From a virus: 64,000 nt of DNA. The notes below the pieces were generated by a model, which searched no databases, was not told the origin of the DNA, and saw only the letters and a program-made list of their open reading frames with translations. Position 1 is the first letter of the stretch; each line of letters opens with the position of its first letter. Where the stretch lies: positions 1 to 64,000 of IMG/VR virus record IMGVR_UViG_3300021178_000001. The stretch is one strand, 5' to 3'. A program made the translations under genes and the position numbers. Below are positions 48,343 through 58,458 of this stretch, piece by piece.

Positions 48343-50412
48343 ATGAGTCAAATTAAGACAAAAGGCATAACTGACAAGAACGTCACTGCCGCTAAGTTGG
48401 GCTCGGGTGCGGCAACCACTGGGCAAGTAGTCATAGCAGACGGTTCTGGCGGAGCTAGTTATTCCTCGACTCCCACACTTTCTGGTCCGGTGGTCGGTAC
48501 TCAGAGTTCTTCCGACAACAGCACTAAAGCGGCCTCGACTGCTTTCGTGGCGACGGCAATCACCAATGCTTTGGCTGCGTTTCAACCTCTCGAAGCAACC
48601 TACGCCGCTTCAACTACCAACATCGTCGGCACCTATGTGAACGGAGTCTCTGGAGTCGGAGCTACTTTCACCGTTACAGCGACCGGAGCATTCTCGATAG
48701 ACGGAGTTTCTCCACCGTCGGGATCCCGCGTCTTGTTGAAGGATCAGAGTTCTGGTTTTCAGAACGGAGTGTACGATCTAACTACTGTAGGTACTACAGG
48801 TATCTCTCCCGTTCTAACTAGATCTGCCGACTTCAACACTACTACTGCTATGAACGCCGGTGACTTAATTCCAGTCGTCAACGGTACCGCAAATGCCTTA
48901 ACTTCTTGGCTTCAAACCGCTACAATAACTACGATCGGGACAGACAGTTTAGTTTTTGCAGAGTACTCAAAGAACCCCTCTTCCTACGTGTCCAGCACTC
49001 TGACTAGCGCCCATATTTTGGTGGGCAACGGATCCAACGTTGCCACTGATGTTGCCGCTTCTGGTGATTTAACTTTAGCAAACACTGGTGCATTCACTAT
49101 AGCGAACAACGCGGTTACTAACACCAAGTTAGCTCAGATGGTAGCCAATACAGTAAAAGCCAACAACACGGGCAGTACGGCTAATGCGTCTGACGTAACT
49201 TTAACGGCGAATGCCACGGCATCTTCGGTTATGTCTCGCGATACCAACGCCAATACAACTGCGAACAGTTTCATAGAGGGTTATACCACTACCGCTAGTG
49301 CCGCTGGAACCACTACGCTTACTGTTGGTAGCACCGAACAACAGTACTTTACCGGGACGACCACTCAAACTGTCGTGTTGCCGGTAGTCAGTACTTTGGT
49401 CCTTGGTCAAAAGTTTCAAGTAGTCAATAACAGCACCGGAGTCGTGACAGTTCAGTCCAGTGGGGCAAACACAGTTCAAGCCATGGCTGCGAGTACCTCG
49501 GCTTGGTTCACTGTAATCCTAGTTACTGGAACCACGGCCGCTTCGTGGAGTACAGTCTACATCGCGGGCTCTATAAGTACGCCAGTAAGCGTCGCTAACG
49601 GAGGAACCGGAGATACGACGCTTACTGCCCACGGCGTGCTGATCGGCAACGGCACTAGCGCGGTGAGCGTGACCGGCACTGGTACAACTGGGCAAGTTCT
49701 AACATCTAACGGGTCGAGTGCTGATCCCACTTTCCAGACAGCTAGTGGTGGTTCTTCAACTGCGCCGACAGTTCAAACGTTCACTTCTGGATCAGGTACT
49801 TATACTAGACCAACCTCTCCTACTCCACTTTATCTACGAGTGAGAATGGTCGGAGGCGGAGGCGGAGGCGGGGGTGACGGCACTGGAAGCGGAGCAAACG
49901 GAACTAGTGGAACTGCGAGTACGTTTGGAACTTCTTTGCTAAGCGCCAACGGTGGTATTAGAGGTATTACGGGTCAGAGTAGTGGACAAGGAGGAAGACA
50001 AGCTACCCAAATTCCCACCATAAACAGTCCAGCAATCGGTACGGGAGTACCCGGAGGATCTGGAAATTCCGGAGGTACTGCCACGTCGTCGGCGAACGGT
50101 CTCGGCGGAACTGGCGGATGCTCCGGTATACTAGGAAGCGGCAGTGGAGAGGGTGGCGGAGGCGGTGGTGCTGGTGGAAACGCTGCTACTAATTCTGGTG
50201 GCGGAGGCGGTGGTGCTGGGTCTAATACTACCACTAACGGGGTTACGGGCGGAGGTGGTGGTGCTGGAGCTTCTGGTATAGACGCGATCATTCCAAGTCC
50301 AAGCGCAACGTACTCGTACACTGTCGGTACCGGTGGTACTGGTGGCGCCGGAGGCGTCACCGGCGGCAACGGCGCCGCGGGATATATTATAGTGGAAGAA
50401 CATTATCAATAA
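48343..50412 (+). CDS. Tail fibre protein with a Gly-rich C-terminal domain
   Basis: N-terminus similar to 46435; VANGGTG; MVGGGGGGG...G.IIVEE glycine-rich domain. Confidence 0.8.
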   Translation: MSQIKTKGITDKNVTAAKLGSGAATTGQVVIADGSGGASYSSTPTLSGPVVGTQSSSDNSTKAASTAFVATAITNALAAFQPLEATYAASTTNIVGTYVNGVSGVGATFTVTATGAFSIDGVSPPSGSRVLLKDQSSGFQNGVYDLTTVGTTGISPVLTRSADFNTTTAMNAGDLIPVVNGTANALTSWLQTATITTIGTDSLVFAEYSKNPSSYVSSTLTSAHILVGNGSNVATDVAASGDLTLANTGAFTIANNAVTNTKLAQMVANTVKANNTGSTANASDVTLTANATASSVMSRDTNANTTANSFIEGYTTTASAAGTTTLTVGSTEQQYFTGTTTQTVVLPVVSTLVLGQKFQVVNNSTGVVTVQSSGANTVQAMAASTSAWFTVILVTGTTAASWSTVYIAGSISTPVSVANGGTGDTTLTAHGVLIGNGTSAVSVTGTGTTGQVLTSNGSSADPTFQTASGGSSTAPTVQTFTSGSGTYTRPTSPTPLYLRVRMVGGGGGGGGDGTGSGANGTSGTASTFGTSLLSANGGIRGITGQSSGQGGRQATQIPTINSPAIGTGVPGGSGNSGGTATSSANGLGGTGGCSGILGSGSGEGGGGGGAGGNAATNSGGGGGGAGSNTTTNGVTGGGGGAGASGIDAIIPSPSATYSYTVGTGGTGGAGGVTGGNGAAGYIIVEEHYQ

Positions 50413-50462
50413 TATCAATCAAATAGAAGAACTAACTTCGGTGATATAATCTATACGAGGAC

Positions 50463-50963
50463 TTGAAATTTATGAGCGGTAAAATACAGAACGAAGACAT
50501 CAAGAGCTCGGCCGAGATCGTTACAGCCGGTGGAACTGTAGCTCAGTTGCCCAACGACTCCAAGATCTACGTGACGGGTAATGGCTTGAACGAACTCTTG
50601 TCTTCAGCTATATCCAACGGCGACTTATCTAGATCACTGAGAACGCTAAATTCTCAGACTGGAACTTCTTACACTTTCGTTCTCAGCGACGGTTCCTTGA
50701 ACGGAACTCAGCCCCTAGTGCTGGGCTCCAACGCAGCGCCTCAAGCTTTTACAGTTCCAACTAACGCTTCGGTAGCTTTTCCAGTAGGCACTCAGATCGA
50801 TGTGAGTCAAGGCGGAGCCGGTAAATTAACCTTAGTCGCTGCGGGCGGCGTGACGATCAATTCTAAGGCGGGCAACTTGTCTGCCAGCGCCCAGTATGTG
50901 GCTATGACCCTAATAAAGACGGCGACCGACGTTTGGCTCTTAATCGGAGATCTGGGAGCTTAA
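50463..50963 (+). CDS. Fibre adaptor protein
   Basis: NSQTGTSYT.VLSD...FPVGTQI...GAG...W++.GDL module common at phage fibre ends. Confidence 0.6.
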   Translation: MKFMSGKIQNEDIKSSAEIVTAGGTVAQLPNDSKIYVTGNGLNELLSSAISNGDLSRSLRTLNSQTGTSYTFVLSDGSLNGTQPLVLGSNAAPQAFTVPTNASVAFPVGTQIDVSQGGAGKLTLVAAGGVTINSKAGNLSASAQYVAMTLIKTATDVWLLIGDLGA

Positions 50964-50964
50964 T

Positions 50965-52014
50965 ATGTTCTCTGTAGGACTCCTCAGCGGATCTGGTTCT
51001 GGTTCTGGAACAAAGTTCGTCTACACGGCGAATGGTAACGCCGTCGGAGCTTTCACCATTAATCCCTCGACGGGAGCACTGACTTTAGTGGCTGGTGAAC
51101 CTTTCCCGACCACTGGGACTCCTCGCGGCTTAGCCGTCAACTTCAACGGAAAATTTCTTTACGCGGCTACGTCTAGCAACAACGTCAACGCGTTTCTGAT
51201 CAATCAGTCTACTGGTTCCTTGAGCGGGATCTCTGGGTCTCCTTTTTCTTCTGGCAGCGGTACTACCGCGTCGATAGCTTTGTCTCCCAACGGTAAATTC
51301 GCCTACAAGACCAACGTTAGCGGCGGCACGGTGTCTTGTTACTCTATCAACCAATCGACCGGAGCGCTGAGTTCTGTCTCGGCAGACGTAGCGGTGGGAT
51401 CAAGTCCGTGGGACGCGGTCGTCACTCCCAATTCCGCTTTCTTACTCGTGGCTAACAGCGGCGATAATACTATCTCTGTATTATCCATCAACCCGTCCAC
51501 CGGCGTTCTCACTCCGGTCTCTGGCTCTCCATTCAGCGGCTCACTGAGTGGTCCAACTGGTGTTACAGTTTCTCCCAACGGAAATTTCGTGTATGTAGCT
51601 AGTCCTGGAACTGGCAGAGTCAACGCGTTTACGATCAACGAGTCCACCGGTTTTCTGACTTTCGTGAACTTCTTCTCGGACGGAAGCAGCGGCGTCGGGA
51701 ACGTCGCCGTTTCCGTAGACAACAAGTTTTTATTCACTAATAACAACGACGGAACCTCGTCAGTTTACAGCATCAACCCGTCCACTGGAGCTTTGACCTC
51801 CGTTTCTGGTTCTCCATTTACTACGTCGGGAACTAACCCAGTGTCTGTAGCGGTATCCTCCAACGGAAAATTCGTCTTGGTCGCCAACAGCGGCAGCGGC
51901 AACACTACTGTATTCTCGATAGACCCGTCCACCGGCGCACTGACCCAGGTCTCCGGTTCTCCGTTCACTACGGGAGCTAACGCGCAGTCGCCCCACGCCG
52001 TAGTCGTGTTCTAA
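50965..52014 (+). CDS. Lactonase-like beta-propeller, probable receptor-binding/decoration protein
   Basis: About seven repeats of NGKF+Y....V..+.INPSTG.LT.VSGSPF. Confidence 0.75.
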   Translation: MFSVGLLSGSGSGSGTKFVYTANGNAVGAFTINPSTGALTLVAGEPFPTTGTPRGLAVNFNGKFLYAATSSNNVNAFLINQSTGSLSGISGSPFSSGSGTTASIALSPNGKFAYKTNVSGGTVSCYSINQSTGALSSVSADVAVGSSPWDAVVTPNSAFLLVANSGDNTISVLSINPSTGVLTPVSGSPFSGSLSGPTGVTVSPNGNFVYVASPGTGRVNAFTINESTGFLTFVNFFSDGSSGVGNVAVSVDNKFLFTNNNDGTSSVYSINPSTGALTSVSGSPFTTSGTNPVSVAVSSNGKFVLVANSGSGNTTVFSIDPSTGALTQVSGSPFTTGANAQSPHAVVVF

Positions 52015-52027
52015 TGGAAACCTACCC

Positions 52028-52270
52028 GTGATCTACACTCCGAGCAACTCCAAAGGTCTGATTCTCGTGGACAACACGGGGACTCGCATTCCGGCAGTCT
52101 ACGAGTTCAACGACGAGACCTGTGAGGTCAAGTTCTACCTGATAGGCGACGGTCCAAGAAAACCACACTTCGCTCGCTCCGGTAACTCGTACCAAGAGGG
52201 TTACGACATCGTCAGAGCTTCCGCTGTAATCAAAGGCGCTAAAATGATTCAGAGAGAGGAGTCTCCATGA
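52028..52270 (+). CDS. Hypothetical protein
   Basis: 80-aa ORF coupled to the endolysin. Confidence 0.5.
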   Translation: MIYTPSNSKGLILVDNTGTRIPAVYEFNDETCEVKFYLIGDGPRKPHFARSGNSYQEGYDIVRASAVIKGAKMIQREESP

Positions 52271-52668
52271 TCTCGATGCCCGAACTCATTCACGCCCCGA
52301 TCCCGCTAGAGAGTCTTCCCCGAGACCAGCGGGACAACTTGGCCGTTCTATTGGAGCGCGTCAATCAGATCCGAGCGCTTTGGGGCAAGCCCATGACCGT
52401 CACTTCCGGGTACCGCACTATGGCGGACCACCTCAGAATCTACGCCGAGAAGGGGATAACCGATCCAGCCAAGATCCCGATGCAGTCCAAGCACTTGTAC
52501 GGCCAAGCGGTGGACATTTCGGACCCAGACTTGGCCATTACGGCTTGGTTGAAGGCGAACCCACAGATCTTAGAGGACGCTGGGTTGTGGTGCGAGGACG
52601 GGAATTCAAATTGGTTACATCTGCAAAATCAACCACCTAGATCAGGTAACCGTTGGTTCTTACCTTGA
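52267..52668 (+). CDS. Peptidase M15-family endolysin
   Basis: VTSGYR, SKHLYGQAVD and WLH zinc-ligand motifs. Confidence 0.85.
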   Translation: MISMPELIHAPIPLESLPRDQRDNLAVLLERVNQIRALWGKPMTVTSGYRTMADHLRIYAEKGITDPAKIPMQSKHLYGQAVDISDPDLAITAWLKANPQILEDAGLWCEDGNSNWLHLQNQPPRSGNRWFLP

Positions 52669-53039
52669 GAACTTGCAAAAAATGTAATCAAGAGAAAGAT
52701 CTAACTAAGTTTGATCCTCACCGCCACACCTGCAGAAAGTGCAGATGCGACTGGCGCACAGGAGACAAACAACGTTCTAAAGCCTTGAAATATTACTACG
52801 GAATTTCCCTAGAGCAATATGACAAGATGCTTGCAAGTCAAAATGGTGTCTGTAAGATATGCAAAGGACCAGACAACGGTCCTTGGAACCGTTTAGCCGT
52901 TGATCACTGTCACGAGACTGGTAAAGTTAGAGGTTTACTCTGCGCCAAGTGTAATAAAGGCTTAGGTCAGTTCAACGACAACTCAGAGCTCATCAAAAGT
53001 GCAGCTGAATACTTGGTACAATCTAGGGTGAGGACTTAA
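52653..53039 (+). CDS. Endonuclease VII-family HNH nuclease
   Basis: YGIS...Y...Q.GVCKIC and LAVDHCH.TGKVRGLLC..CN..LG. Confidence 0.9.
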   Translation: MVLTLRTCKKCNQEKDLTKFDPHRHTCRKCRCDWRTGDKQRSKALKYYYGISLEQYDKMLASQNGVCKICKGPDNGPWNRLAVDHCHETGKVRGLLCAKCNKGLGQFNDNSELIKSAAEYLVQSRVRT

Positions 53040-53041
53040 CT

Positions 53042-53359
53042 ATGAGCATGAAAATCGACGGCTACTCCAAGACTATCGCTCTGGCCGCTACTCCAGAGAA
53101 TCTCGTCGCTGACTCCGGTGACAAGCCTCTCTACGCGAAGAGCGTCCGAATCGCTTGTCCAGCGTCCAACGCGTCAGACCTAATGATAGGTTCAGTCTCT
53201 CGCCAGCAGTTCACCATTCCTAAAGGTACCTCGATAGACCTCGAGCAAATAAACCGCGCGGGGCAAGCCGGCAAGTTCTCTCTCAAGGACATCTGGGTCA
53301 AGGCTGGAACCAACGGCGACGCCGTTCAAGTCTTGGTGTCCGACCCGAGCGCGGATTGA
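53042..53359 (+). CDS. Hypothetical small beta-sandwich virion protein
   Basis: Own TGG-TACAAT box and GAGG RBS. Confidence 0.5.
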   Translation: MSMKIDGYSKTIALAATPENLVADSGDKPLYAKSVRIACPASNASDLMIGSVSRQQFTIPKGTSIDLEQINRAGQAGKFSLKDIWVKAGTNGDAVQVLVSDPSAD

Positions 53360-53396
53360 TTATTCTCTTAAGTAAACAATTGATTTAAGAGAATAA
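53360..53396. terminator. Hairpin between convergent genes
   Basis: TTATTCTCTTAAGT...ATTTAAGAGAATAA. Confidence 0.65.
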
Positions 53397-53402
53397 CTTC
53401 CT

Positions 53403-53699
53403 TCAATCTGGGTTGAACCACCCACATCGCATTTTAAGTAACGTCGATCCTATACTTGGAAGTTTTTCAACTGGGGATCCGTCAGAGTAGCACGGAGCAC
53501 ATTGTTGCTCGTCTAATCCTTCTGGTATCTTTTGGTCCGCTCCAACGGAGGTCGTCGATGGTTCCTCGGGAGGTCTTCCGCTCACTTCGTTGATGATTCG
53601 CTTTCCTCGACACGTGGGACACTCTTGAGTTCCAGAGACGCTCATAGGATGCGGAACTTGTCCCGTGCCGTCACAGACTGGGCATCTTTGCCAACTCAT
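53403..53699 (-). CDS. DnaJ-type zinc-finger protein
   Basis: CPVCDGTG...CPTCRGKR; probable start MSWQRC at 53699. Confidence 0.6.
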   Translation of the reverse strand: MSWQRCPVCDGTGQVPHPMSVSGTQECPTCRGKRIINEVSGRPPEEPSTTSVGADQKIPEGLDEQQCAPCYSDGSPVEKLPSIGSTLLKMRCGWFNPD

Positions 53700-53853
53700 T
53701 GTTAGTGTTTCTCCGGTTTCACTTCGCGCGGCTCTTTGGGTTCTACGGTGTCGCAGTAAGTCTTTTGGTTGATCTTCACGCACTCTTTTTTAGAGATGGG
53801 AGCGCTGGCACACCCGGTCAACGACGCGACAAACACTAGATAAATCAACGACT

Positions 53854-54709
53854 TCATTTTGTCTCCTTCGGTTCTGATCTAGACTCTTTTCTCAAGCTCT
53901 TGTCGTAGCACTCGAGGATCAGTTTGCCGTTCTCTCGGCGCTCCAGGACCTTGCACTCTCGACCCTCGTACACGAACACAGTCGCGCACCCGCTGACCAG
54001 CAAACTGACTAAAAGTAGTGACGCTTTGACACTTCCTTGCATCTCATTCTCCTAAGATTCTCGGCATTCTGAATCATGCCTTTCTTGCTCTTAAAAGATA
54101 CTACTCCGTTCTCGGTCAGGTATAAACTGACTTGTTTCGTGGAGAAGACGTTGAGTGTGAAGCACGTCGACCACCAGTAATAGAAGAAGAGAGCCTTGAG
54201 ACGAGACTGAGTTTGGACTTGATTAGTAACTAACCCGTTGTAGACGTCGATTCTTGAGTAGCTTATGGTCCACATCGAGAGTCTCTATTCCTCACAACAT
54301 ATCTCAAAGGTCATCCCCATAGTGTAGTCTACGCGGAATCCTTCCGATTTATAGTGATCTCTGCAAGAGGCTTCTCGCACGGTTTGCTGATAGCAGACTC
54401 TAGTATGCTCGATGGAAGACGAAGAGCATCCCGACAACAAAATGCCGGTCATTAAAAGTAAAGTCTTCACTCGTCCTCCCACTCATTTACCTGATATTCA
54501 AAAGAATCTCCGGGAAAGTGTCCCGGATCCGCGATCGTAGTTTCCGGCGGTCGCATGCCTTCGCTGACTTGAAACGCCAACAACTTAGTCGCCAGGACCT
54601 GGTTGAACTCCCGCACCGTCATCATTGAGTAGTTGGGGTACTCCTCGATTTCCCGCGTGAACTCGAAGATCTTCAGAGCCATCTTGTCGACCATCTCGGA
54701 GCGTTTCAT
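53854..54709 (-). CDS. Four small hypothetical genes, two with lipoboxes (VSGC, LSGC)
   Basis: ORFs 53854-54042, 54009-54275, 54285-54482 and 54467-54709. Confidence 0.55.
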
Positions 54710-54733
54710 TTTGGTCTCCCAGAGTGCACTGTA

Positions 54734-55270
54734 TTAGTGAATAGACTCACACATGTGATCCAACACGTACTGAGCTTGACCGACCGCGTCGTCTAGAGCG
54801 TTGTGGGCAGTTCCAGGAATGACGATCTTGGCACCTTTACCCTGAAAGCGACGGAAGGTCCTCAAGTCCATGACTTTTGAGTAGCTCCATGGACTCTCGA
54901 GACCGTACATCTTGAAGAGGTGATCCATGATGGATACGTCGAACGTCGACCCGTTGCCCCAGACGTGGGCTTTGGAGTTGTTGGCTTTCATCCACAAAGC
55001 GAAGGTCTGAAGCACTTCCGCGGTCGGTTTGGCCTTCTCGTTGAATACTCGCTTGGCGGCGTCGGCTTGACTCAACCACCACTTGATCGTGGAACCCGTG
55101 GGCTTTCGACCTCGCTTGATCTGTTCGTCGACGTCTAGAGCCATGTAGAACGTGGGTCCCAAAAGCTTCTTCTCTACGTCGAAGAATACAGCACCGATAG
55201 AGATCACGGGAGTATCTACATCCACACCCAGAGTCTCAATGTCCACCATACAGTCATTAAAATTGCTCAT
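54734..55270 (-). CDS. DEDDh 3'-5' exonuclease/exoribonuclease
   Basis: MVDIETLG, WGNGSTFD, DLRT and HNALDDA. Confidence 0.88.
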   Translation of the reverse strand: MSNFNDCMVDIETLGVDVDTPVISIGAVFFDVEKKLLGPTFYMALDVDEQIKRGRKPTGSTIKWWLSQADAAKRVFNEKAKPTAEVLQTFALWMKANNSKAHVWGNGSTFDVSIMDHLFKMYGLESPWSYSKVMDLRTFRRFQGKGAKIVIPGTAHNALDDAVGQAQYVLDHMCESIH

Positions 55271-55738
55271 CTTTATTCCTTCCAGTTGACGTGAAATTCT
55301 AAGACGGGAACTACTTTACTGTTCTCTAAAGTGCAAGTTCCGGTCTTCTTTAGACTTGACTTGTTGGGTGCTCTCGGCGTGTAGTTGAACGCGAAGTAGT
55401 CGACGTGGTACTTGTGACTCTTGCGATCGTCCGCAGTCCTGTAAGCCACCGAGGTATGCGCCCAAGTCAACTTGTCCGACAAGATCCAACCGATTTGGGA
55501 GTCGTCTTTCTGATGTGCAGTTAGAAACAAGAGCAGCGCAGATAGACAAGTCATTCTTTATCCTTTTTTAGAATCTCGTTCTTGGTCTTCACGTACAGCT
55601 GAGCGATCTCCACCGACTGCTCTATTGCAGAACGAAACCCCTTCTCATTTTCTCCAGCCAGAAACGTAGTGGGCATCTTCTTCAAGAAGATCTCGAACGC
55701 ATACTCTTCAACTTCTGTCTTTTCCATTCTATCACTCC

Positions 55739-56251
55739 CTAGTGCTCAATGTCACTCTTTTGTTTGACCAACTTCTTAAAGTGATCTAAAGCCACTCTGT
55801 AATCCAAGTAAGTTTTTAGAGGACTCGGTTTGGGTTCTGAAACTTTCTGATTTATGATCTCCTCGGGATCTTTGTTGCCTTGAATGAACATCGACATCAG
55901 GTCTTGTTCGACCATGTATAGTCTGAGTACATGAGCGTCGTCGCCCACGTAAGACGTCCCGTTCGAGTCCCTCAAGTAACACGCCGTGACCCGCAAGTTG
56001 GGGTCCAAAGTGCGGATCCTAGAGAACCACTGAATGGCGACTGCTGCTTCCACTTCGATGTGGAAGGAGACCATGACGAATCCGGGTCCCTCGTCGTTCG
56101 GAGCCACGAGGATCAGCTTGAACATCGGAAGCAGTCCCTCGAAGAACTCGTGGATGAACTCGTGTTCCGACTCCGACGCGAGGCCGTACAAGTTCTTGAC
56201 CTGTTTTACTACTTCCGAATAAATCACAGTTTGTAACTCACTTTGGTCCAT
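55739..56251 (-). CDS. Hypothetical protein
   Basis: Probable start MDQSELQ at 56251, overlapping the thyX end. Confidence 0.6.
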   Translation of the reverse strand: MDQSELQTVIYSEVVKQVKNLYGLASESEHEFIHEFFEGLLPMFKLILVAPNDEGPGFVMVSFHIEVEAAVAIQWFSRIRTLDPNLRVTACYLRDSNGTSYVGDDAHVLRLYMVEQDLMSMFIQGNKDPEEIINQKVSEPKPSPLKTYLDYRVALDHFKKLVKQKSDIEH

Positions 56252-57125
56252 CGAACATTCCGGGAGTGAACTTGGTGATGTTCTCGTCCTGCAACATTTT
56301 ACGATACTGAGCCCAACTCTTAAAGTTGCTGGTGTAGTAGGACGCGGCGGTCGACTGCGCTTGGTGTTCGGCGGGAGAAGAATGTTTCGGAATACCTCCC
56401 AAAAGACGGTCGTAGAGTTTGAGGTCGTCATCAATAGAAGTTTTAATGCCGTCGTGGTTTAAGTACGAGACTCTCGCACATCTAGCCACCGAACATTTGA
56501 TGGCGATCGTGATGGCCTCTGCTTCTTCTTGAAGACATGTGATGTCAAAAAGATCTGTAATTTCTTGTCGAGCGCTCTCGTCTATGAACGGGAGGTGCCA
56601 TCGACCATACTTTAAAAGTTGGGGTTTACTAGCTTCTCGAACGGCATACATCTCGTCCGCCAGAGCGTGAATTTCGGGTTGAGCCATTGGATGACACCTG
56701 AGAGCAAAGAAGTTGTCCCAGTCCGTCGCAGTAGCCACAACGGTGATGTGGGAGAATGGCTCGAGGAGACGATTCGCATACTGCTTATGCACTTCGAGGT
56801 TCACGAGAACTTGCGCTTGCATCACTGCCGCGTCTCTGGCGTCAATCCAGGCGTTGTAAGCTTGCTCTAGTGCTAGACCGTCTAAAGCTTCGCCGCCTTG
56901 CATCCCCTTTTGATTCTTGGTGAATGCCAGTGGAATGACTGGGTCATCCAGAACCATTTGAATCTGCTTCTTTACTGGAATAGCTCTGGAAGACGAAGCG
57001 TTGCGGGAGATCATTCGATGTGTTAAAAATTCGCTGTGAATCAACCGTGGGTAAGTCAAGACGAACGTAGTGATGCGAACGCCGTCTGGATTAATAGAGT
57101 CGGCGATAATTTTTGCTGAGATCAT
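56238..57125 (-). CDS. thyX: FAD-dependent thymidylate synthase
   Basis: EFLTHRMISRNASSSRAIP, HKQYANRLLEP and NFFALR....AQPEI. Confidence 0.88.
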   Translation of the reverse strand: MISAKIIADSINPDGVRITTFVLTYPRLIHSEFLTHRMISRNASSSRAIPVKKQIQMVLDDPVIPLAFTKNQKGMQGGEALDGLALEQAYNAWIDARDAAVMQAQVLVNLEVHKQYANRLLEPFSHITVVATATDWDNFFALRCHPMAQPEIHALADEMYAVREASKPQLLKYGRWHLPFIDESARQEITDLFDITCLQEEAEAITIAIKCSVARCARVSYLNHDGIKTSIDDDLKLYDRLLGGIPKHSSPAEHQAQSTAASYYTSNFKSWAQYRKMLQDENITKFTPGMFDGPK

Positions 57126-57293
57126 ACTTCCACCGGACCATAGGTTATTTGATCAAACTCTTCTTTAACTACGTCGTCTTCAATCAGACCAGAAAGACCC
57201 TCCATCATTTCTTCTGCTTCTTCCAAAGTTTCGGCATGAACTCGAACGTCGACCCAAACTATCTTAGCGACTTGTCCTTCAAAAATTTTCATA

Positions 57294-57557
57294 CTATTTC
57301 CCCAACACGGCAACGCGACGGTAAAATTCTTTCAACTCGTTAGAGCGACCCAAGCAGTGGTAGACCATTTGAGTCAAGAGTTGACTGCGGTTCAGACCAG
57401 ACTTTTCGCACAAGTCTTCGAAATCGATCGCGGCTTTGCCTCGGATGGTCGTAGTGCAAGTGAGTTTGTTGTCGTCGCGAACGTGCGGACTCACTTTGGG
57501 AAGTTCGAACGGAGCGAACTTGCCTTTGGGGTCATCTTTTTCTTGCTCTTTACTCAT
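57294..57557 (-). CDS. Ribbon-helix-helix-like DNA-binding protein
   Basis: TTTI....F..LC...GLNRSQLL pattern. Confidence 0.5.
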   Translation of the reverse strand: MSKEQEKDDPKGKFAPFELPKVSPHVRDDNKLTCTTTIRGKAAIDFEDLCEKSGLNRSQLLTQMVYHCLGRSNELKEFYRRVAVLGK

Positions 57558-58155
57558 TTTCGATCTCCTTTAAAACTCTCTCAAATTCTTTCATGAACAT
57601 TCGTTTAGCAGTCATCGGACTAACCGGAAACAACGGGTGCACTAAGTACTTTTTAGACTCGTAAGACTTTATGATATCCCACTGGCTGATGTCTTCAAAC
57701 AACAATTTAGCTTCAGTAGAAAGAGCTATCAAATCCGCGGTCTTTACTCTCGCTAACGTTCTCTCGTCCCATCGGATCTTGAACTTCTTCGCTATCTTGA
57801 CGGCCAGTTGTTCCTCCAACTCTTTGAACTGCGGGAGCAAGTCTTTTAAAGGCGTCGTTATGTCACCCACGTATGCCTCGGTCGCGTCGTGCAGCAGTCC
57901 CGCCCAGATAGCGTTGGTGTCTTGCGGATATGCGTCTCGGATGATCCTAGACACTAGGACAGAGTGTTCGGCCACTGAATAAAAACTCCGACAGTGCCCA
58001 GAAAATCGGCACAAGTTTGACAAAGCGTGGGCTATGTCGTCTACGACTACGGCGCTCAGTTTACCCACTTTGGGGTCGAAGTGCTCTCCGTTTCTAGTCT
58101 GGACACAGAATCCCCGGTTTAACTTAACTTTTGTCGTCTTCTTTCGATTTGTCAC
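57550..58155 (-). CDS. HD-domain 5'-deoxynucleotidase (YfbR-like)
   Basis: DIAHALS..CRF.GH, YSVAEHS, LLHDATEAY.GD and VK.AD; probable GTG start at 58155. Confidence 0.85.
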   Translation of the reverse strand: MTNRKKTTKVKLNRGFCVQTRNGEHFDPKVGKLSAVVVDDIAHALSNLCRFSGHCRSFYSVAEHSVLVSRIIRDAYPQDTNAIWAGLLHDATEAYVGDITTPLKDLLPQFKELEEQLAVKIAKKFKIRWDERTLARVKTADLIALSTEAKLLFEDISQWDIIKSYESKKYLVHPLFPVSPMTAKRMFMKEFERVLKEIENE

Positions 58156-58417
58156 AGTCGAACTCCTCGAGACGCTTTTCAAGTCCCGGTCTAAAATGTT
58201 TTATGAAGTCCAGGCGCCACTCGTCTTGCGTCATCATCTTTGAACTCTTCTCCTCGACGTGCTCCCTCCGCGGGCGCTCCGGCTTCATGATGTTGTCCAA
58301 CTCTTGGCGCAAAGCTCTATTTTCTTTGCGCAGCTGGTTCAACATCGACTTTAAGTCCTTTACAGTCTCTCTCAACCTACGTTCACCGTTCTTCGGGTAA
58401 GTCACGCTGCGCCTCAC
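58124..58417 (-). CDS. Coiled-coil hypothetical protein
   Basis: ORF track; TATAAT and RBS upstream. Confidence 0.55.
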   Translation of the reverse strand: MRRSVTYPKNGERRLRETVKDLKSMLNQLRKENRALRQELDNIMKPERPRREHVEEKSSKMMTQDEWRLDFIKHFRPGLEKRLEEFDCDKSKEDDKS

Positions 58418-58458
58418 TTAGATCCCTCTTTCAACTTATTATAGAGTATCACGCCTCT

